The notes under the pieces: generated by a model
What the model saw: only the letters and a program-made list of their open reading frames with translations
What the model was told of the DNA's origin: nothing
Databases searched by the model: none
Made by a program: the position numbers and the translations under genes
Shown: piece after piece, positions 50,634 to 61,630 of the stretch
How positions within the stretch are numbered: the stretch's first letter is position 1
How the letters are laid out: every line of letters begins with the position of its first letter
From: Macrostomum lignano
Taxonomy: Eukaryota
Direction of reading: 5' to 3'
Length of the DNA stretch: 64,000 nucleotides
NCBI GenBank assembly: GCA_002269645.1
Contig: NIVC01000286.1
Location: forward strand, 248,001-312,000

Positions 50634-52132
50634 ATGGCTTCTAGCCGAAGTAAACAACCGGCTGTGGATGACACAGTGCCTCCGGCCTCGGCTGGGGCCG
50701 TGGACTCCGCGGCCATACCATCTGCTACCATCGGGGACGCCCCGGCGAGACCCGTGGAGCCAACTCTGAGCGGTGCCTCCGAGAAGACACCTGCTACTCC
50801 AGCTGCCAAGCAGCTGAGCACCACCTCTGGAGCTGCCCGCCGTCGACTTAACAATGCGAAGCGGGCCAAGGAGGGCGGAAGCCTAACCGGCGCCAGGGGC
50901 CAATGGCCCGCGGCAGCGGAAGCTTCCCAATCTGGGGCGGCGGCGGAAGAGGGCCTCGAGCCCACTGAAGCCCCTGCCCAGGATAGGGAGGCCGATGCAG
51001 CCGGGAGGGTGGACAGCCCACCTGAAGAAGGCTCCACTGACCCCCGGGCCTCCTACGCTGATGCGGCAAAGAGGCAGCCGGCGGTTGTCATTCTGGGGAA
51101 GGACGCGCGCCTGTCCCCCGCCCAGCTGAAACAGGTGAGAGGTGCTGTTGATGGCCTCCTGTGGAAGCTTACTCTGAAGGGCACGCCTCTGAACATTCAC
51201 TCGAATGCGACGAGGGACTCGTGCCTTCTTATTTGGCCCAGTGATGCTGACTCGGGTCGGCAGCTTCTTGAGCTGCTGCCCGAGCAGAGCTTTACCTCAA
51301 TTTAGCCTTCTGCAGAGAGGACGAGCGCACCCGAACCAAGAGGCATCGAATCTGGCTTTCGGCCAGGAGCGTCGTTACCTCTGCTGACGAGCTCCGGAAA
51401 GGACTGCTAGCAGTCAACCGAGAGCTTCCCACCGCGGGCCTAGTGGTGCATGACACCCATAATAAGCGCACCGACGGCACTGGCTTCACAGCCATTCTGG
51501 GGCTGTCGGACGCCTGGATGAGGCGCTATCCACACGGCAGCTTCATCAAAGTCGGCCTCTGGAAGCTGCGCATCCGCTCCTACGAGGCCGACCCTCCCCG
51601 TGGCGGTAAGCAGGGCGGGCGGGATGCGGCGGCTGGGGCCGAAGCGGGAGCTTCTGTCAAGGCTGCCAAAGCAAACCGCCCCGCCCGGCAGCACGGCCGC
51701 ACGGGCAAAGCTGAGCGCGCTGCTGAGGGCGGAGGCGACCGACGCCCGGCGCGCAGCACCAGGCGGCGCGGCCTGTACCAGCGAGCAGCTGAGGCCGTCC
51801 GCACCGGCAAAATCACCCAGCTGAGGCGAGAGGTCGCCGGGACGCCCAGGCGCACCAGTTCGTCCAGGGAGGGTGGGGACGTCCCAGCTGCGCCCAACTC
51901 CTTGGGGCAGGGCCGACTGGAGACGGACCCGCCTGCCAAGGCGGCTGGCTGCTCCAGGGCATTTGGCCAGTCTGAAGCGGAGGACCCAATGGCCGGTGGG
52001 CGAAGGGCGGCGAACGCTGCCTATTGCCTTCCGACCAATCGGGGGCCTTTTGCTGAAGAGGAGCCCATGGACACCGGCGACCCCGACCCGAAGCTGGTGA
52101 GCGCCGAGGAGGAGGAGGAACTCCTGGCCTGA
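50634..52132 (+). pseudogene. LINE ORF1 (resembles LOA-clade ORF1; no CCHC knuckles seen)
   Basis: MASSRSKQP.. low-complexity N-terminus, then RIWLSAR..LLAVNRELPTAGLVV..TAILGLS..IKVGLWKLRIR; frameshift near 51300. Confidence 0.65.
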
Positions 52133-52686
52133 TGCCAGCGGCTATCTGGCGTCTGCAGATCAACACCCAGCACTGCGTGGCGGCGTCAGTCAACCTGATG
52201 CGCACGACAGAGCAACAGCTTCCGGGCCTGTTTTTCGTGCAGGAGCCCTGGATGACTAAAGGTAAGCCAAATAATGTGCCATCTGACTACCACTGTTTTT
52301 GCATGGCGGACTCTCAGCCTCACCCAAGATCTCTGATCTTTGCTGCTAAAGCTTTTGAGGCATGAATGAGACCTGATCTCTCGACCTCTGTGATTTATTT
52401 GGACATCTGTGTTGTTCAAAAAAAAAATCAATAACCTCCTTCCCAATAAACCTGTACTGGCAGCATCTTCCTATTTCCAAGGCGATGCCCCAGTAGTTTG
52501 CGACGCGCTAGTTAACCTTATTGACTACGCCGCGTCCCGTCCGTTCGAACTGCTCATTTCAGGGGATGTGAACGCGCACCACCTCCATTGGGGCAGCAAG
52601 AACACCAACAACAGAGGCGAGGAGCTGCTGGCCTATGTCAGCAGCACTAACCTCAACTTCTGTAACGTGGGCAATGCACCAACGTT
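52132..52686 (+). pseudogene. LINE ORF2 APE endonuclease, N-terminal part
   Basis: QINTQH, VQEPW and GDVNAHH motifs; disrupted at ~52365-52410; interrupted at 52686 and resumes at ~61790. Confidence 0.85.
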
Positions 52687-52748
52687 AGTAGTAGGTGCGA
52701 GCCATTGATTTGCTATAGAGCGCCCACCCCATTTTTCCGGCCCCGCCG

Positions 52749-55600
52749 ATGTCGAGCAGGACGTGCCGATTGCCCGCACCCCGCAGCTGCTTAGAAGAGA
52801 TTCGGAATTTTGAAGATTGGTGGAAGTCGCAATTAGCAGCCTGCGAAAGGACTTGTGAGTCCATGAACACGAACGGCAGTGGTTGGACCATAGGTGGAAT
52901 CAACTTCTTTGATGTCTGCATTTCCCGTGGCGATCGCGTGCGCTACTATGTTGGTAGAAGCAGCAGCTTTGTACTTCCCGAAGGTCTTAAGCAGAAGCAG
53001 GCCGTAATCAACCCACCGAGTGAAGGTGAAAATTGGTTTCTGTATGCCTGTCTAGCAGTGCTGCATCATGGAGAGGAAAGTTTGCGAAAATCTCCGCACG
53101 CGCTTGCAACCTACCGGCCTTGGCTTCACGAAATTTGCTTGAATGGCATAACCATGCCAGTGAGTATCTATGCTTTAGACGAGATTGAGAACTTGAACCC
53201 TGACTTCTGCTTCACAGTGCTTTCCTGGCGTGCTGGTAAAGTGGAAGTTTTGCGTCAACCAGAAGCAGCCATCACAGTAGGGCGCCGCCTTCTGCCATTG
53301 CTTCACCTCATTGACGACGACTCTGGCAGCTCTCACTGGTGTGCGATTGTAAACATGAATAGTCTACTCAACAGCAAAGATGGACTTCACCAGCGCAAGT
53401 GGTGCGAGCGCTGTCTATCCGCTTTCAGGTCAGAGGAGAGACTGCAAGAGCACCGGCAGAGCTGCTACGAGTCAGACGAGCTTTCCGTCAAAGAAGTATT
53501 ACCAACGGAGGAAAACAACTGCTTGACTTCCAAAACTGGCAGAAAACTATTTCACCGCCGTTTACAGTCTACGCTGATATGGAGTCATTCAATGCTGATG
53601 TTGATGATGAAGTCCGCGGAGCCGCTGCCGGAACCAAAAAGCTTTCCCAGCATCTTCCAGCTGCAGTCGGCTACCTGCTAGTACAAAGCGAAAATACTGC
53701 AGGCCCTGATCTCAAAGGCAGGAATGAAAGCCTCCAATTGTTCAGAGAAGACGATCCAGAACTGTGTGTCGAACAATTCCTTAGATCCCTTGAGACGCTT
53801 TCAAAGGAAATCTTTCAATGGAACCGAGAACACAGCTACCAAAAGAAGATTGTCAATGAAGAAGCTAACCGAAAGTTCGAAACAGCTCAGAGTTGCTACT
53901 ACTGTGACGAATCTTTTTCGTGTCCGTCCGAAAAACTGTGGGATCACAATCATCTGACTGGGCTTTTCCGCGGTGCTGCGTGTGCTGCATGCAACCTCAA
54001 GGCTCAGTTGAAGCGACGCTTTTTGCCAGTGTACTTCCACAACCTCAAATCCTACGACCTACATCTGATTTTTTCGACGGCTTTGTTCAAGATGACACAC
54101 TGGAAGTTGAGCGTGATTCCCCAGACCAGTGAACGGTACCTTTGCTTGAAGGCGGAATTTCCAGTTGGTGAGTACACCTTACCGTTCGGCAAGAAGCGTC
54201 CGCTCAATTTTACCGTCCAATTTTTAGACTCACTCAATTTTCTGGGTTGTAGTCTTGAAACTTTGATGCGCACTTTAACGGCTGAAAGTTGCCCTCTTAC
54301 GCTGGAGATGAAGGTGCACCATCCGAAACTTTCTAATGCTATTCTGCTAAGTAAGGGGATTTTTCCCTACGACGCTGTGAAGAAACCTGCCGATTTGCTT
54401 GTTACGAGTCTGCCGTCGCAAGAGAACTTTTTCAACGTGCTCACGCAATCGCCTTGTCCTGATGCAGACTATCAGCATGCACTGCGAGCGTGGCATGAAT
54501 TGCAGGTCAGTAACCTTGGACAGTACATGATGGCCTACCTAGAATTAGACATCCGCCAATTGGCAGATGCATTCGAATCATTCAGGAGATTGAGTCTTGC
54601 TGACGACGGCTTGGATCCGGTGCACTTTATCACGGCACCAGAATTGTCATTCGAATCGGCACTTAAGTGTGCGAAACATCGCTTGGAGCTTCTAGTCGAT
54701 GGTGACATGTACCGCATGGTGGAGGCTGGCATCCGAGGAGGAATTACTTTCACCAATGTACACCAGGTCTCCGCGAGCGGTGGAGATGAAGAGGAAGAGG
54801 AACACAGATACTTACTTCCGCTAGATGTCAACAACCTATATGGTCAGGCTCTCTCTATGCCGCTACCCGTGAGTGAATTTCGATGGGTCGATCAAGACGA
54901 GCTGCGAAGTTGGGATGAAAGCACTGTTCTCAATATGCAAGATGATGGTGCCCATGCCTATCTCATGGAAGTCGATCTGCAATATACAGAATGCATTCAC
55001 CAGAAGACCGAGGAGCTGCCACTGGCCCCAGAGAAGGGAACTATTGAGTTTGAAGACTTTCCAGCCTATATGCAGCAGCTATGGCATCAGCTAAATCCAG
55101 GTAAAAAGTACCACGGAACGCGAAAACTGCTTCTCACTTGTCAAGACAAAGAAGCCTATGTTGTTCATAGCAGAGTGCTCAAGTTCTACCTTCAACAAGG
55201 CATGCGCGTAAGCAAGTTCCGGCGAGCCATCAGCTTTCGATAAGAGCGAGTGTTCAAGAGCTACATCGATAGCAACAGCGAAAAGCGTTCAAAAGCATCT
55301 ACAGAAATCGAAAAGAACTACTACAAGACCAAGAACAATAGTCTTTTTGGAAAGACTATGGAGAACGTTCGGAAGAGGAGAGATGTGAGAATCTGTAACA
55401 GTGATCATCAAGCTCAAGTTCTGGCTTCAAAGCCTAACGTCAAGACATTCAGCATCATCAAAGAAAACTTGAGCATCTTTGAGCTAAGCAAGACATCCGT
55501 TCGCCTCGACCGGCGAACATCGGCCAATGTGTTCTGGACGATTCAAAGCTTGTTATGTACACACTTTTCAACACTAAACTGAAGTCCTGGTTCGCGTCAA
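52749..55600 (+). pseudogene. polB: Protein-primed family B DNA polymerase (pPolB), Polinton-type, C-terminally truncated
   Basis: GSGW, KQAVINP, ExoI VYADMES, DHNHLTGLFRGAACAACN, ExoII FHNLKSYDLH, FLDS, KGIFPYD, ExoIII YLELDIRQLAD, motif A DVNNLYG and motif B KTKNNSLFGKTMEN. Frameshifts at ~53520 and ~55510 and an in-frame TAA at 55241; ends before YxDTDS. Confidence 0.92.
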
Positions 55601-55619
55601 CTCGCCGTGCTGCCAAGAT

Positions 55620-56027
55620 TCAACTATTCAACTCTTTTCCCTTGAAAAATATATTCTGAGTCAGCATCACCAAAAAGCACGGCAAGTGATGTGCGATTCC
55701 TGTGAAAAAATTTCGCATTGAAGCAGAATTTGAAGTTTCCTCTATTAAGTCATCGAAAACAACCAGGTCATTGGGCCTAAGTGCTGCCTCGATGTTGGTT
55801 GGAAATCCCTGGCGCAGCTGCACACCTAGGCTGCTCAGTTCTGCATGGCCTGCCTGTGAGATCCCATAGTACCACAGAACTCTGCCAGGCTTCACATTAA
55901 ACATGGCGTCTCTGTACTGGATCAGGTGTTTGACAAAGTTTGTTTTTCCTGCATTGGTGGGCCCGCAGACAATCATGCAGCTTCCCTGCCTGAGGCGGAT
56001 ATCGTAGCAAACTCGCTTTTCGGCCAT
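55620..56027 (-). pseudogene. A32-like (FtsK-HerA) genome-packaging ATPase, C-terminally truncated
   Basis: Walker A CGPTNAGKT, VLWYYG, Walker B LVVFDDL and FTGIAHHL..LTQNIFFKG, matching Polinton ATPases. Confidence 0.9.
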
Positions 56028-56056
56028 GTCTAATGCATAAATATAGTTCTAGAAAA

Positions 56057-56565
56057 TCACGGACATCTTTTTCTTAAGTTGGCTTCAAACCTCTGTAAGA
56101 TTCTATCATTCAAATATTTTTTTTCAACATCGTGAAAACTCTTCAAAATCCCCTCAAATGACCGATTAAACAGAAACTTTTGATAAGCAAAATAGATGCA
56201 AAACACTCCGCATTTATTTGAGTTGGCACATTGAATTCTGTTTATATTGCTTCGGAGCGAAAAGCCAGTTGTTTTAATCTCTCGAAACAAATTATTAACC
56301 ACAAATAAAATTTCAGGTTCCCAGCCGAGGGAGTTGAGCTTCTCAATGCAATTTCCTTGCCTAACATAGCACACCACCCAGTGACTAAATGAGCCATTGT
56401 GCTGTATTAGAACAAAAACAAACTTGCTTTCAAGGGAAATTGATGATCGAAATTTTCTTTTTACATTCAAGGGCAGATAATTTTTATAGCGCAAATGAAA
56501 GTAATTATGAGAAATTTTTGGCCAGGCAAATTTTTTTGGCGAGATTGAATAGTTGAATTGCGTCC
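56057..56565 (-). pseudogene. Adenain-like (C5) maturation cysteine protease
   Basis: GSFSHWV (catalytic His), NSLG, and IQCANSNKCGVFCIYF (oxyanion Gln, catalytic Cys); N-terminus frameshifted. Confidence 0.85.
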
Positions 56566-56572
56566 GTGCCAG

Positions 56573-57852
56573 TTAAGAGGAATAGTCCAGCAAAAGCTCC
56601 CGGTGCTTGGTGACTTCAAGCAGTGAGTCATACAGGCACATAGCAATCAGGGACACCGCTTCATTCAGTGCCTGTTGGAAGCGAATCTCCAGCCGCAAGT
56701 TGCCCTCCTTCTGTCCGTACCACAGAGCCGCTCCCTCTGGTGTGAGATCGAATGCAAACACCGTGGTGTTGTTGGAGAAGAGCTAGTAGGGGATCCACGG
56801 GACCAAATTTGTGAGGCTTGCAGATTGACAGCTTTTCAGATAGTGCAAGTATTCTCTTACAAAGGAATTGTTTTCAGGTGTAAAGGCGCCGTGGCACACG
56901 GTTTATCCACCTTTCTTTAGAGCCAACCGGCTGAGGTTGAAGCTCTGGAACTGGAACGGACTCGCGTGATGATGACCGTTGAATGCTCAGTGGCTCACGA
57001 AGGCCAGCATGATGAACTTCGGCAATTTTCCATGAGTGAATCCTTCAATGTTTTTTGACTGGATACCCTGGGGTAAGATGAAGTTCTGCATTTCAGTTCG
57101 CTCGATGGGATATAGTGCATTTTGGTTTGTCAATCCCTGCTCATGGCCAGGCTGATGTGAGGCACCACTTTGACTTGGCGAAGTTGCAAAATGCAGTGAG
57201 AGATTCCATTCGGTATGCCGCGTTGTTTGCATTCGGGGTTCTGATGGCAAAGGCCCCATCGCTGGGGACCAGTTTGATGTGCAAGTGCAGATTGCTTAGC
57301 AGAAACACTGGGCACTGGAAAACATCACTGAAGAGCGGCCCCGCATACTCCATCCATCGGGATTCCCTGTGGCTCTCCGTGTGCTCTTCAGCTGCCGAGT
57401 CCGGCTCCAGGAAGCCAGCAGGGTAAAGTTTTAGTTGCTGGGCATCGGATGAGCTGATTAGAGCTTTGAAGTACGCATGGTAGGGATAGAGCTGGTCTCC
57501 ACCAGACACCACTCGCTGGTTAATGCTCACAATTACATCTGAGAAGGCTGTAGACAGAACAAAATTTTCTGGGTGCACATCAGTTTCTGCGCTCGGTGAT
57601 GATGCCATCTCCGTCTCGAACATCCTGCCTCAGCAAACCCCCATCCAGTCTCACAAGGCGGCAGCGAATATAAAGAAAAGAATTAAGCAGATCAGTGTAT
57701 TCATCGGCGGATTGGTGGCAGTCAAATTCAATGGGAGAATTTGCAGCAATGGAATTAACTGGGTGAATATCAACATAAGTAGCTTTTTCAATGCAGGTTT
57801 GTAGAACGGGCGTCTTAAGTACATCAAGTCGGGGATTGAATCCGTAAGCCAT
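56573..57852 (-). pseudogene. Double-jelly-roll major capsid protein, Polinton-type
   Basis: LDVLKTPVLQTCIE..PIEFD..DEYTDL, PENFVLSTAFSDV..YPYHAYF, LRQVKV, ALYPIER..GKLPKFIM..AFNG..SPFQF and FAFDLTP..GNLRLEIRF..LEVTKHRELLLDY. At least 3 frameshifts and 3 in-frame stops. Confidence 0.9.
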
Positions 57853-57854
57853 GT

Positions 57855-58232
57855 CTATGACAGAGAGTCGAGCACGCGTTTCACAGTTTTCTTGCTGACT
57901 TTTCGCTTTCGCTTTCCTCCGCCTGCTGCATTCTTCTTTGTTTTTGTCTTCCTATTCTTAAGCTTTTTCCCACTAGCCTTGCTCGACCTCTTATTGCGAT
58001 TTCCACCAGTTGCCTTTCGGGTGCGCTTCTTCTTCTTCAATCGTTTCGGACTTGCTTCAGTGTTTCTTTTGCGCCTGACGCTGCTAAGCGTCGAGGGTGA
58101 TGATGATGATGTAGCCGCTGGCGGAGGCTGGTATGTCATGATCCCTGGGAAGCTCCCACAGCCATAGAGTGCAGGCTTTTCGTGTCCTGTCCAAACCCCC
58201 GAATATTGCTGGATCAGCTGCTGGTAGTTCAT
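57855..58232 (-). CDS. Small Lys/Arg-rich protein, candidate virion core/DNA-condensing protein (~125 aa)
   Basis: Open ORF MNYQQLIQQYSG..LYGCG..KKKKRTRK..GGGKRKRK between penton and MCP. Its ATG overlaps the penton stop (ATGA) and its stop lies 2 nt before the MCP ATG. Confidence 0.6.
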   Translation of the reverse strand: MNYQQLIQQYSGVWTGHEKPALYGCGSFPGIMTYQPPPAATSSSSPSTLSSVRRKRNTEASPKRLKKKKRTRKATGGNRNKRSSKASGKKLKNRKTKTKKNAAGGGKRKRKVSKKTVKRVLDSLS

Positions 58233-58495
58233 TGAATGCGTTTCTCCCGAATCTGAACTGTGAGCAGAACAGGGCTGTGAGTCTGTGCAATCAGTGGGCA
58301 ACCATAGATGTCACGGAGCTGAACTCGAATGCTGTGAAGAAGACTGATTCGTTGAATCGGGAAGAATATTGTTTTCTTAAATATTTTTGACAGGTAGTTG
58401 CCCCATTCAATGCCGGCTTTCATTCCAACTGTTCTCAACAAGGAGCTCCAGTTGCAATTAGTTGACTCACAGCCTGGTTTCCAAATCCCAGCCAA
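58229..58495 (-). pseudogene. Minor capsid (penton) protein, C-terminal fragment
   Basis: LLRTV..FFPI..SIRVQLRDIYG..VLLTVQIR resembles the Polinton penton C-terminus; upstream part cut by the Gypsy insertion. Confidence 0.65.
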
Positions 58496-58571
58496 TGCAG
58501 AATTTTACTAGATGGAAGAAACAGCTCTGCTCTCGCAAGGACTCAAACCGGAGTCAAGGTAAGCAGTACCT

Positions 58572-58783
58572 TGTCGCGGCCAGACTGGTGCACGGTTGAG
58601 AGCGGGCCCGCCTGTGTACAGGCCCCTGCACGCCTGGCTGCTGGGGAGTTTTGCCCAGCCAGCCAGTTCGCTCTGACTCACACCTCCCTATTCTCTCAAG
58701 TATAAAGACTATGCTTAAACAAATATACACAATAGCTTTTGCTCGCTTGCTGCTTTTCAAGCTTCCACTCGCAAGCCGCTTCA
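58572..58783 (+). repeat. Probable 5' LTR (~212 bp)
   Basis: Begins TGTCGCGG and ends TTCA; contains TATAAA; immediately followed by a TGG primer-binding site. No second copy to confirm the boundaries. Confidence 0.65.
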
Positions 58784-58784
58784 T

Positions 58785-58798
58785 TGGTGAGCCCTACG
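58785..58798 (+). promoter_or_regulatory. tRNA primer-binding site of the Gypsy element
   Basis: TGGTGAGCCCTACG, 1 nt after the LTR-terminal CA and just upstream of gag. Confidence 0.6.
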
Positions 58799-61199
58799 CA
58801 GCCATTTCGTGCAATGGCCCAACAAACCGGACTCTGCTGTGTCCCTGAAGCTGCCCACGTTTTGGGCGGCCCAGCCTCGAGCCTGGTTAATCCAGGCCGA
58901 AGCTCAGTTTACCCTGAGAGGCATCACTCAGGACGAGACCAAGTACGCCCATCTGGTCGCAGCTCTTGACCAGCAGACAGCAGAGCGCCTGCTCGATGTG
59001 CTCGAGGCTCCTCCGGAGGCGAACAAGTACGCTCAGCTAAAGGAGCGCCTCAACAGCACTTTCGATTTGACTCCTCAGCAGCGGGCCAGTCGCCTGCTCA
59101 GCATGTCCGGCCTCGGCGACCGGCGGCCTTCCGAGCTGATGGACGAGATGCTCGCCCTGCTGGGGAACCACCGCCCCTGCCTGCTGTTCGAGGAGCTGTT
59201 CCGCCAGCAGCTGCCACCGGAAGTACGCATGGCCATGACAACCGTCAGTTTCGCGGACCCCTGGGCAGCAGCGCAGGAGGCAGACAAGCTCTGGGCCAGC
59301 TGGCCGCAGCTGGTGGCGGCCTCCGTCCAGCAGCCGGCGGTAGAGCCGGCCCAGCAAGCCCAGCCGGCAGTCTTTGCGGCTAGCAAGGGCGCCAGACAGA
59401 GACGGCCCAGCAGCACCGCCCGGACGACGGCCTGTGTTTCTTTCACCGTCGTTTCGGTGCGAAGGCCCGCCGCTGTGAACTCCCGTGCAGCTTCCAGGGA
59501 AACGGGCAGGCCGGCCGTCAGTGAACAGCTCGACGGCCGGCAACAGCAGCAGCCTGCTCCTCATCCCAGATGTGCAGACGGGCCGGCGTTTCCTGGTCGA
59601 CACCGGCGCCGAGGTCAGCATTTTCCCCGTCGCCGGTTCCGACGCCCGCCTGCACTCGCCAGGCCCGCCGCTTTTTGCAGCCAACGGCAGCCTCATCCGA
59701 ACCTTCGGCACCCGCCAGCTCACGTTGGACCTCGGCATCCGGCGCTGCTCCTGGCCGTTCCTTCTGGCCGAGGTCTCCCGCCCGCTGATCGGCGCCGACT
59801 TTCTGCGGCACCACGGCCTGCTGGCCTGCTGGTGGACCTGCCGCACCGGCGCCTCCTGGACGCCCGCTCGCTCGCCAGCGTGCACCTGCTGGACGGCGCG
59901 GGGCCCGGACTGCAACTCGCCGCAGCCGCCGCTGCGGACCCGTACAGCCAGCTGTTGGCCGAGTTCCCCGCTCTCACCGAGCCCAGTTTCCAGCGGGCTG
60001 AGCCACGACACGGGGTGGAGCACCACATCCCGACGCAGGGTCCGCCGGTCCATGCCCGCCCTCGCCGCCTGCCGCCGGACAAGCTGGCGTTGGCCAAGGA
60101 GGAGTTCCGGCTTCTGGAGCAGCTCGGCATCGTTCGCCGCCGGTCCAACAGCCCTTGGTCCTCGCCGTTGCATATGGTCCCAAAAGCCTCCGGTGGCTGG
60201 CGGCCCTGCGGCGATTTCAGGCGGCTAAACGACGCCACAGTGCCCGACCGCTACCCGGTGCCGCACATCCAGGACTTCTCAGTGCGCCTAGCCGGCTGCT
60301 CGGTTTTCTCCAAGATCGACCTGGTTCGTGGCTACCACCAGGTGCCCGTGGCCGCAGCCGACGTGCCCAAGACCGCCGTCACCACCCCGTTTGGCCTCTT
60401 CCGAGTTCCTGCGAATGCCATTCGGTCTCAAGAACGCCGCCCAGGCCTTCCAGCGGTTGGTGGACTCCGTCTGCCAAGACCTGGACTTTGTCTTCGCCTA
60501 CATCGACGACTTCCTGGTCGCTAGCAACAGCCCGCAAGAGCACCTGGAGCACCTGCGGACGCTTTTCCAGCGCCTGACGGACAACGGCCTTATCGTCAAC
60601 CCGGCCAAGTGCGAGTTCGGCCGCAGCAAGATCGACTTCCTCGGCCACCGGATCAGCGCCCAGGGAGCCGTGCCGCTGCCCGCCAAAGTCGACGCCATCG
60701 CCAGATTCGCACCGCCAGCCACCGTCAAGGGCCTGCAGGAGTTCGCCGGCATGGTGAATTTCTACCACCGCTTCGTGCCGCGCGCCGCCCAGCTGCTGCG
60801 CCCCATCCATGCGGCCATGGCCGGCAAGGAGAAGTTCGTCCGGTGGACGCCCGAGCTGACCGCCGCTTTCGACGGAGCGAAGCGGGCGCTTGCCTCCGCC
60901 GCCATGCTGGCACATCCGCGGCCAGACGCGCCCATTGCCCTCACCGTCGACGCCTCCGATACCGCGGTCGGGGCAGCGCTCGAGCAGCGGGTTGGCAGCG
61001 CCTGGCAGCCGCTCGCCTTCTTCAGCCGGCAGCTGTGCCCGTCCGAGCAGAAGTACAGCGCGTTCGACCGCGAGCTGCTCGCCCTGTACCTGGCGGTCCG
61101 GCACTTCCGCTATTTCCTGGAGGGCCGCGCGTTCACCGCTTTCACGGACCACAAGCCGATGGTCGCCGCCATGTCCAAGATGTAAAGGCCAAATGATGC

Positions 61200-61448
61200 C
61201 GCCCTTCACTTCCATAAACTTATCAAAGCCGAGTTTCACGACCTTGGGCTCGTTGTTGCGTGCGGCAATCACGAGTGAGCGTTTCACCTACTTCAATTTC
61301 TCCCATTGGTAAACATTCAGGTTGAATCCTGGGACGCCTGGCTTCAGACTTGCCGTGCTGCCGTGTCGGTAAAACTTGTGAATAGCGATAAATTTTTGTC
61401 CTTCAAACTCCTGGACTTGAGCCTTATAGCTCCTTCACAGATGTCCAT
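61200..61448 (-). pseudogene. PC4 (p15/Sub1)-like ssDNA-binding protein, probably a Polinton gene
   Basis: YKAQVQEFEGQKFIAIHKFY..LKPGVPGFNLNVYQWEKLK fits the PC4 pattern V.EF.G...I.IR.YY..KPG.KGISL...QW..L. The ATG at 61448 is out of frame by 1 nt; TAG at 61290-61288. Confidence 0.7.
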
Positions 61449-61630
61449 TTTCCTTTCGAAATTTAAAACTCACGAAAATTAAAAGTTAAGGAAAATACTT
61501 TTTCTTGCCAATTTTGGGGCTTATATACCCTCGACCGAACCTCCCCAAACCACCCACCCCACTCCGGGCTCTGTGATTGGCTCTTTCCCAAACATATTTC
61601 AAATACAGAGATTAACATTCATTCAGCTAA

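Larger units (their letters stand above)
50400..52686 (+). mobile_element. LOA/R1-type LINE, 5' half (5'UTR, ORF1, endonuclease start); left boundary approximate
   Basis: ORF1 runs 50634-52132 with one frameshift at ~51300. ORF2 begins QINTQH..FVQEPW..GDVNAHHLHWGS..NNRGEELL..NVGNAPT, typical of R1/LOA endonucleases. Confidence 0.85.
58572..61180 (+). mobile_element. Gypsy/Ty3 LTR retrotransposon, 3'-truncated (5' LTR, gag, PR, RT, RNase H; integrase and 3' LTR absent)
   Basis: Gag [15 protein letters not shown] and CFFH..FG..C..PC; protease FLVDTGA (59599); [30 protein letters not shown] (60499); RNase H VDASD..DRELLA..TDHKP. Several frameshifts; GC-rich. Confidence 0.93.

Noticed and set aside
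59037-61312. Long antisense and alternative-frame ORFs over the Gypsy element
   Set aside because: Expected by-products of very high GC coding sequence; no independent motifs, except that the first ~35 codons of 60379-61287 belong to the PC4-like region.
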